NCBI GenBank assembly: GCA_016185545.1
Contig: JACPNJ010000002.1
Span: 51,299 to 115,298 of the forward strand
From: Candidatus Yanofskybacteria bacterium
GTDB lineage: Bacteria > Patescibacteriota > Minisyncoccia > 2-02-FULL-40-12 > IGHO2-01-FULL-4-A
Direction: 5' to 3'
Length of the DNA: 64,000 bases
Part shown: one piece after another, positions 58,561-64,000 of the stretch
Layout of the letters: the number at the start of each line of letters is the position of its first letter
Position numbering within the stretch: the first letter of the stretch is position 1
The notes under the pieces: model-generated
Told to the model about the DNA's origin: nothing
The model's database searches: none
Seen by the model: only the letters and a program-made list of their open reading frames with translations
Position numbers and translations under genes: made by a program

Positions 58561-60399
58561 CTATTGCTGTATTGTTCCGCTTTCGTTGCTATCGCTCACA
58601 TTATTCGTGTCTATATCCGGTAGCGTACGTAAAATTTTCTCTTTGGTAAAGGTGTCCACGCCTTCAAATTTTATGTTTTTCAAAAGGGGCGCCGATTGGC
58701 CGACTTGATTAACCGAGGGAGTAAACGATATCTGGAAATATGATTCGTACTTAGAAAAATTGACACCGATGCCAGCCGGCAGAGTGCCTAAATCCCAGCT
58801 AACCATATTAAGCCGGCTATCATAAGTCGGTTCAATGCCCGTACCATTTGACCTCTTTCGATTTTCCCAGCTGACTCCTGGTGCCAAAGTCGCCATAACC
58901 TTGGCCTTTGACAAATCATTTGAAGGATTAACCAATCCCCAGCTAACAGTAAATGCGCTTTTCCGATTAACCTTTGGCGGGAATTGCCCGCTTGAACCAA
59001 AAACGGAATCATTTACTAAAAGTTTTTGATCAAAGGTTGGCGCCGTTGATATGCGGGTTACCAATTCGCTGTTTGCGGTTAATTTATCAAGGTCAAGTTC
59101 GGACGGAACATTCGGCGTTTCCAAATGCGCGGTTATCTTAACAAAAGAGTCGCGCGCGCCAGTACCGCCGGAAAAACTGTCTTTGAGCCGAACTTCAAAC
59201 TCAACGGTTCCGGATTGATTTCTCGGCAAAAGATTAAGCATTGGCAGAGCAGAAGCATTCCAAAATATTGTATTCGAGCGACCGTCAAAAAATCCATCGG
59301 ATTTTACGGTGGCAAAATCATACATGCCACCTTCTAGACGCGCCGATAAACTCAAACCGGTTATATCAACGCCATTGTTATTTTGAAAACGAATTTTATA
59401 CCTTAATGTATCGCCAATATGAGCCACGTAATCGGACAAGCCATTGATCTTCAGGTCAAGAGATAAGAGAGGAGTTGAAATTACCGATGATGCTTCCGAT
59501 TTTTCAAAATCAAGATAAACATCACCGTCGGGCGTGGTTATTTTTTTCTGAAGAATCACCGAAATTGTCTTGGTCTCACGCTCATTTCCGTTAAGCACAC
59601 CCTCAATCGTAATTCTTGAACCGTCGCCCAGTTTGAGTTTAGCAACATCCCATAAATCTTGCCCGGAATTGCGCACACTGGGTTGTGGCGAAAATTTAAC
59701 TGACACAAAGCCGGCCGGATACTTTACCACAAAACGGAGATTTTCCAGGTCTTGATTAGATTGATTGCGGTAATCTATAAGATAGCTGGTGTTTTGGCCG
59801 CTTATTACGGTAGGGGTAGCAACCAACGTAATCGGTACGGCAAGCGAAGTGATAGTGGCCGCAAGGGCCGCTTCTTTTTGAAAAACAGAACTAAGATTGC
59901 CGGCTTTATATGTAAGGGCGGCTTTGAGAGTTTTAATATTCCCCCTGTCGCCCACAAGATAAACAGTTAATTCTTTTTCACCCATTTCGTTACTGCCAAT
60001 TGTTCCAATATCAAAATTTTCGGTTGTTAAATCGGAAATATTACCGTCTTTCGCAACAATTGAATCAATCGGGTATAATATGTTCAATTTAACATCCGAT
60101 AATGAAACGGCATTGCTGTTTTTATATGTCAATTTGTAAGTTACCAGCTCGCCACCGGTTATCTCGCTTGGGCCTTCAATTTTCAACTCAACATCATTCT
60201 CACGAAACGACCCGCGCCCCAGAAAAAACGAAACCAATGCCACTACCAAAATCAACGCCAGGCCCCAGATGACATATTTGATGCCTATTTTCTTAATCAA
60301 ATCCAAAACCGACCGTTTCGGCGATGGTGTTGGCAGTTGCATCGGCGGCTGCGGCTCAACGATATTCGGATTTTGCAGGGGCTCTATTTGGAAATCCAT
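58561..60399 (-). CDS. large membrane-anchored beta-rich surface protein
   Basis: 612 aa; TM after ~40 residues; repetitive beta-strand-rich domains. Confidence 0.5.
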   Translation of the reverse strand: MDFQIEPLQNPNIVEPQPPMQLPTPSPKRSVLDLIKKIGIKYVIWGLALILVVALVSFFLGRGSFRENDVELKIEGPSEITGGELVTYKLTYKNSNAVSLSDVKLNILYPIDSIVAKDGNISDLTTENFDIGTIGSNEMGEKELTVYLVGDRGNIKTLKAALTYKAGNLSSVFQKEAALAATITSLAVPITLVATPTVISGQNTSYLIDYRNQSNQDLENLRFVVKYPAGFVSVKFSPQPSVRNSGQDLWDVAKLKLGDGSRITIEGVLNGNERETKTISVILQKKITTPDGDVYLDFEKSEASSVISTPLLSLDLKINGLSDYVAHIGDTLRYKIRFQNNNGVDITGLSLSARLEGGMYDFATVKSDGFFDGRSNTIFWNASALPMLNLLPRNQSGTVEFEVRLKDSFSGGTGARDSFVKITAHLETPNVPSELDLDKLTANSELVTRISTAPTFDQKLLVNDSVFGSSGQFPPKVNRKSAFTVSWGLVNPSNDLSKAKVMATLAPGVSWENRKRSNGTGIEPTYDSRLNMVSWDLGTLPAGIGVNFSKYESYFQISFTPSVNQVGQSAPLLKNIKFEGVDTFTKEKILRTLPDIDTNNVSDSNESGTIQQ

Positions 60400-61163
60400 T
60401 ATTTAATAACTTCCCACCCATCCGGCACATCACAAGGTGTGGGAAAATCCCTAGCTTCTCCGGTTTGCGGATTCCTCGCCGGGGTAATCACTTGGATACA
60501 AACTTTATCTTCTTTTAAAGTTGGCTCAATGAATTTAAGAGTGGACAGGATTTGGTTATAAACCTCTACATATTTACCTTCAGGATTTTCTGGCAAATCG
60601 AGTTCTATACCAAATAATCTCTTATCTTTTTCGAATGTTGTAATCACATAAGAAGTTTTATTCCCTTTTGTATAAATGCGCTGTTGCGCTTCAGTGGTTC
60701 CAAAACGGCGTGTTACAATTTCCTCTTTCCAATCAAAGGGCAAACCGTGGCCACCTGTGCCAAGTATAATATAGTAGCTCTGGCCAATGGGATTTTGAAC
60801 TCTCACTGCTTCACCGATGCCTAAACTTTCGGTGTAAATCCCGACATATTCCCACGACTGCGGATATTTTACCTCAAACCCATATTCTTCATTCCAGTAG
60901 GTTTTCCAGCCCGCGGTAGCCAAAGAGTCGTCAATTCTTCTTTGCTTCAATTCTTCTTCCTGCTTTTTGCCCTCCGCGGCCAGTCTGGAGACTTCATTAA
61001 AATTCTTTTTGGCTAGATATGTGGCATAACCGTAAACAATACCTCCGATAATAAAAATCCCCAAAATAACTGCAATAAATTTAGGGGTGAAATTCCTCTT
61101 GATGAAAGAGTTTTCCGGCTGAACTGGTGATTGTTGATTTTGCATTAAATTAGGTTCTTCCAT
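60399..61163 (-). CDS. membrane-anchored hypothetical protein
   Basis: 254 aa; N-terminal TM. Confidence 0.5.
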   Translation of the reverse strand: MEEPNLMQNQQSPVQPENSFIKRNFTPKFIAVILGIFIIGGIVYGYATYLAKKNFNEVSRLAAEGKKQEEELKQRRIDDSLATAGWKTYWNEEYGFEVKYPQSWEYVGIYTESLGIGEAVRVQNPIGQSYYIILGTGGHGLPFDWKEEIVTRRFGTTEAQQRIYTKGNKTSYVITTFEKDKRLFGIELDLPENPEGKYVEVYNQILSTLKFIEPTLKEDKVCIQVITPARNPQTGEARDFPTPCDVPDGWEVIK

Positions 61164-61168
61164 TTTAT

Positions 61169-61747
61169 TTATTTTATCACTTGTCGAGCAAATTGTAACG
61201 AGCGAAATTGTGAATTAGCGAGATGCTCAATCGGCATGCTTGAGTCATAACCTAGAATTTTAAGCAATTCCTGACGTGAATCGGCTATTACAAGAGCCGT
61301 CCTTGTAGATTCAAGCGGCGTGTCATAATAATGAAGTTTGGAAATCAAAAAATTCCAAAGTTTGGAATCAGGTTCGCCTTCAAAAATCAATTTGTCAAAA
61401 CATTCAAGCAAAAAAAATGCCGCGGCCATGGCGGAAAGCGATGATTTGAGTCGCGGGAACGCCTCAAGACAATAGGCGCTGGTTATAATGGGGTGCGAGT
61501 TTTTGCTTTGCCCCGAGGCAAAGCTTTTCGGGGTGACCAGTGAAAAATCAACCAGATTCAATATATCCAAATGTCCCGCCTGTTTGGATGTCGGCAACAG
61601 TACGCTCTTGACCTGATAAACCTGCTTCCCCGCGTCTTTGGTATAACAAATCACCAGTTCATCATATTCCCGTATCGGAATTTTTTTGAGAACCACCGCT
61701 TGCATTTTTTTGAGAGGGGCCTGACTAGCAATACCTCCTATCACCAT
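61169..61747 (-). CDS. recO: RecO-like DNA repair protein (N-terminal OB-fold region)
   Basis: MQAVVLKKIPIREYDELVICYTKDAGK resembles the RecO N-terminus; weak. Confidence 0.45.
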   Translation of the reverse strand: MVIGGIASQAPLKKMQAVVLKKIPIREYDELVICYTKDAGKQVYQVKSVLLPTSKQAGHLDILNLVDFSLVTPKSFASGQSKNSHPIITSAYCLEAFPRLKSSLSAMAAAFFLLECFDKLIFEGEPDSKLWNFLISKLHYYDTPLESTRTALVIADSRQELLKILGYDSSMPIEHLANSQFRSLQFARQVIK

Positions 61748-61866
61748 TTGTCCGCCCAGCGAGCGGACTGCATTCCGTCAAAAGCGTGGATTTTGCTCGC
61801 AGTGATGAATATTATACTGCTCGCAAACCGTGCAATCCACTCTTTTGACGGTGCTATGAGGCATTA

Positions 61867-62361
61867 CTAGTCAGACCCCAGCAACTCTTTTGTAATTTTA
61901 CTAACTATTCCGCCATCTGCTCTACCTTTGAGTTTTGCCATAACCGCGCCGATTACTTTACCCATATCTTTGACTCCGGCGGCACCGACTTCGGCTATGG
62001 TTTTTTGCACTTCAGCGCGGACCTCGCTTTCACCAAGCTGTTCTGGCAGATAAGACAGCAAAATATCCATTTCCGATTTTTCTTTCTGCGCCAATTCATC
62101 CCGTCCGCCGGTTTTAAACTGCTCCATCGCCTCTTTGCGCTTCTTAACCTCTCCGGCAATTACTTCAATAACCTCTTCGTCCGTCAACTGGCTCTGCTTT
62201 TCCAACTGCACGACTTGCGATGTCGTACGGCTTAATTGAACACGTTTTGTCAACTCTTTATTCTTAACCGCCGTCATCACCATACCCAAAACCAACCGCT
62301 TGAGTTGGTCACCCGATTTCAACGACTCATTAAGGTCTTTTTGTAGTTTTTCTTTTAACAT
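61867..62361 (-). CDS. GatB/YqeY-domain protein
   Basis: 164 aa; YqeY-family sequence. Confidence 0.75.
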   Translation of the reverse strand: MLKEKLQKDLNESLKSGDQLKRLVLGMVMTAVKNKELTKRVQLSRTTSQVVQLEKQSQLTDEEVIEVIAGEVKKRKEAMEQFKTGGRDELAQKEKSEMDILLSYLPEQLGESEVRAEVQKTIAEVGAAGVKDMGKVIGAVMAKLKGRADGGIVSKITKELLGSD

Positions 62362-62399
62362 TGACTCAGTTAGTAATTTTGTTAGGATGATTCTGCCTT

Positions 62400-62466
62400 G
62401 GGGCTGGTCTGGGACGAGCCCAATCTTGACAGTTGGGTCTCGGGGGTTCGATTCCCCTCGGCTCCA
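62400..62466 (+). ncRNA. tRNA-like / tmRNA tRNA-like-domain-like element (no D or anticodon arm)
   Basis: 5' GGGGCUG pairs with 3' CGGCUCC including a G3·U70 wobble; discriminator A; canonical T-arm GGGGG-TTCGATT-CCCCT; D-loop analogue GUCUGGGACGAG resembles the tmRNA 5' region; only a short hairpin replaces the anticodon arm / helix 2. Confidence 0.4.
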
Positions 62467-62577
62467 AGGCTGAAAGAAATATCAACAGGTATTATTATTG
62501 ACTTTTGAAATAGGCCTTGCTACAATTACATTAACTGTCAAGATTGGGCTTCAGAGTTCCAGATGAGACTCGCCATT

Positions 62578-62598
62578 ACCCGCATCAGCGGGTTTTTG
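62578..62598 (+). terminator. intrinsic terminator acccgc-atca-gcgggt + TTTTT
   Basis: ~110 nt downstream of the tRNA-like element, same strand. Confidence 0.55.
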
Positions 62599-62828
62599 GT
62601 TATTCGGGATAAAAACTTTATCTTTAGCTGTAAAAACCCTTATTTTTAGGCATTTTTGAGCATTTTCCCTACAAAATCTTTTACCATCCTACCACTCAAA
62701 CAAAAATTGATTTGAAATCTCAAAAATTACAATTACTGGAAGCCACGCCCTTTTTGCAAAAAGGGCGGGGTGATTTTTATCACTCCGATCCAGCCGTTCT
62801 CTATCAACAAAAGTTGTGCTACGCCGAG

Positions 62829-62983
62829 CTAGGGGGATGATCCTCTGGGGACTTCTGGGGTTGCCGCCAGCATGGTTTTGTCAATGACCGAACGAAGTGA
62901 GTGTCTTGACAAATGGCGGCAATCACAAAAGATGAAAAAATCTCGCTGGGATTTTTGAAGTTCACCAGAGGGTCATCCCCTAG
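62829..62983. repeat. 155-nt element bounded by 19-20-nt inverted repeats (ctagggggatgatcctctgg ... ccagagggtcatcccctag) with nested internal inverted repeats
   Basis: inverted repeats read directly (internal TTGCCGCCA/TGGCGGCAA and TTGTCAA/TTGACAA); lies immediately 3' of rpsU. Confidence 0.4.
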
Positions 62984-62989
62984 CGAGGC

Positions 62990-63253
62990 CTATAGCCCGA
63001 GCTTTTGTTTAACTTTTTTCTTTTCATCTTCAAACGTCTCCTCATCATATTGCCCCAGCCGTTCCAGCCGTTTTCTCAATCCACGCAATTCCTCACGCAT
63101 AATCGCGCGGTTCTTCTCAACGCGCTCAGTCGGTTTCTTGCGAAAATACCTGGCAGATTTGGCGCGAACCAAAAGACGGCTCTGTTGAACCAGCCGGCTG
63201 AATCGCCTCATCAGCGACCCGATACTCTCATTTGGTTTTCGTTTAACCTCCAT
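62990..63253 (-). CDS. rpsU: 30S ribosomal protein S21
   Basis: SIGSLMRRFSRLVQQSRLLVRAKSARYFRKKPTERVEKNRAIM matches the S21 family. Confidence 0.85.
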   Translation of the reverse strand: MEVKRKPNESIGSLMRRFSRLVQQSRLLVRAKSARYFRKKPTERVEKNRAIMREELRGLRKRLERLGQYDEETFEDEKKKVKQKLGL

Positions 63254-63327
63254 AGATTAACCTCCCTCCAAATTTGTCCAAAAGGACAAGCGTAATCGCG
63301 CAGTCCGATTGGTTAACAAATTTAGGA

Positions 63328-63367
63328 CCCCGCCCTCTATGCACCCTTAATAGCTTAGAGGGCGGGG
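63328..63367. terminator. hairpin ccccgccctct ... agagggcgggg
   Basis: 11-bp inverted repeat between the HIT gene and rpsU. Confidence 0.5.
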
Positions 63368-63416
63368 TTAATTTCGTTAACCGATGCTCGCTTCGTTACA
63401 CTTGCTGCGCTCGGAC

Positions 63417-63764
63417 TCAATTAACAATTTTAGCTCCCAGCCGCTTCCCTCCCAATAAATGTATGTGCAAATGCGGAACCAGCTGGCCACCGTGTTCACC
63501 ATGATTTATTATCAAGCGGAATCCTTTTTCTTCCAGGCCGAGTTTTTTGGCGACTTTACTCGTAGCCATCAATAGTTCGCCCAATAATTTTACATCGTCT
63601 TGCGTGGTGGCGCAGATATCCGTCAGGTGTTTTTTGGAAATAATCAAAATGTGTACCGGCGCTTGCGGATGAATATCGTTGATTGCCAGCCAATCGTCAT
63701 CTTCCGCTACCACATCAGCCGGCAGTTCTTTGTTTAAAATTTTGCAGAAAACATCTTGAATCAA
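63417..63764 (-). CDS. HIT-family (histidine triad) hydrolase
   Basis: HLHIHLLGG histidine triad. Confidence 0.85.
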   Translation of the reverse strand: MIQDVFCKILNKELPADVVAEDDDWLAINDIHPQAPVHILIISKKHLTDICATTQDDVKLLGELLMATSKVAKKLGLEEKGFRLIINHGEHGGQLVPHLHIHLLGGKRLGAKIVN

Positions 63765-63765
63765 G

Positions 63766-63836
63766 GTTACAGGTTACAGGTTACAGGTTACAGGGAAATT
63801 TTTCTTACCTGGCCCCTGAAACCTGACACCTGAAAC
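63766..63836. repeat. AGGTTAC x4 heptamer array plus complementary arm (acctggcccctgaaacctgacacctgaaacct)
   Basis: read directly; the 3' arm shares acctggcccctg with the glyA intragenic insertion. Confidence 0.7.
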
Positions 63837-64000
63837 CTAGTTTTTTAGTCGTTGTTTTACCATTTCTAAAATTTTATCCTGCAGTACGGTTTCCTGCACC
63901 CCTGAATTCATCTCACGTAATATAACCGTACCATCTAACGCTTCTTTCTGACCCATAATTAAAGTATATTTAATCCCAAGGCGATTAGCGATTCTTAATT
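63837..64000 (-). CDS. C-terminal anticodon-binding domain of a class II aminoacyl-tRNA synthetase (His/Pro/Thr-type), partial at the window edge
   Basis: translated C-terminus ...GIKYTLIMGQKEALDGTVILREMNSGVQETVLQDKILEMVKQRLKN* resembles the HisRS/ProRS anticodon-binding domain. Confidence 0.45.
   Translation of the reverse strand, partial: LRIANRLGIKYTLIMGQKEALDGTVILREMNSGVQETVLQDKILEMVKQRLKN

Noticed and set aside
62400-62600. Standard one-piece or permuted two-piece tmRNA
   Set aside because: The T-arm and 3' acceptor strand follow the 5' GGGGCUG after only ~50 nt. A permuted gene would have the 3' acceptor upstream of GGGGCUG. No convincing tag reading frame ending in ...AA-stop was found downstream. 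Kept as a tRNA-like/tmRNA-like element only.
62913-63188. 91-aa plus-strand ORF
   Set aside because: Antisense to rpsU, whose S21 homology is clear.

Overview
This is an AT-rich (about 38% GC) bacterial chromosomal segment with short intergenic regions, tightly packed genes and many small genes. The gene content points to a small-genome, CPR/Patescibacteria-like organism: an alpha2-type GlyRS, a short IF-2, a complete type IV pilus locus with ComFC, a LAGLIDADG endonuclease and few metabolic genes. That placement is an inference and was not verified.

Left to right, the window contains: gatC and ligA; a 1176-aa secreted PKD-domain surface protein and a secreted metzincin-like zinc protease; a complete minus-strand type IV pilus/competence locus (pilM-N-O-B-T-C-A-D plus three prepilin-like minor pilins), with comFC divergent from it; and parB-parA. 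The accessory region runs from tRNA-Leu(CAA) to infB. In order it holds a GC-rich foreign ORF, a class A PBP, an HTH+LAGLIDADG endonuclease overlapping tRNA-Ser(CGA), a LexA–DNA methyltransferase fusion convergent with a candidate nuclease, and a roughly 7.8-kb cassette. After it come infB, rbfA, tRNA-Cys, an RmlA-like gene, tRNA-Leu(TAA), an M48 protease, folD, glyA, a frameshifted tsaC, yvcK, an ECF sigma/anti-sigma pair, leuS, tatD, metG, an AI-2E transporter, an M16 peptidase, glyS, recO-like, a yqeY-family gene, a tRNA-like/tmRNA-like element, rpsU, a HIT gene and a partial aaRS.

The most striking content is the cassette. It carries three tandem paralogs of a 275-aa protein interleaved with a MoxR-like AAA+ ATPase and a zincin(HExxH)+vWA protein. 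The extreme C-termini of the three paralogs are GC-rich and A-depleted and differ only at NNC/NNT codons. That is the pattern adenine-specific mutagenesis by a diversity-generating retroelement (DGR) produces, with the variable codons matching AAC/AAT codons in a template repeat. No reverse transcriptase or template repeat is in this window.

A genome-wide oddity is that most gene junctions carry hairpins built from tandem heptamer repeats (AGGTTAT, GTCAGGT, TAGCGTT, AGGTTCT and others), plus a second palindromic family (AGAGGCTCAACCTCT). Copies of both are inserted in frame inside housekeeping genes (ligA, infB, folD, glyA, glyS).
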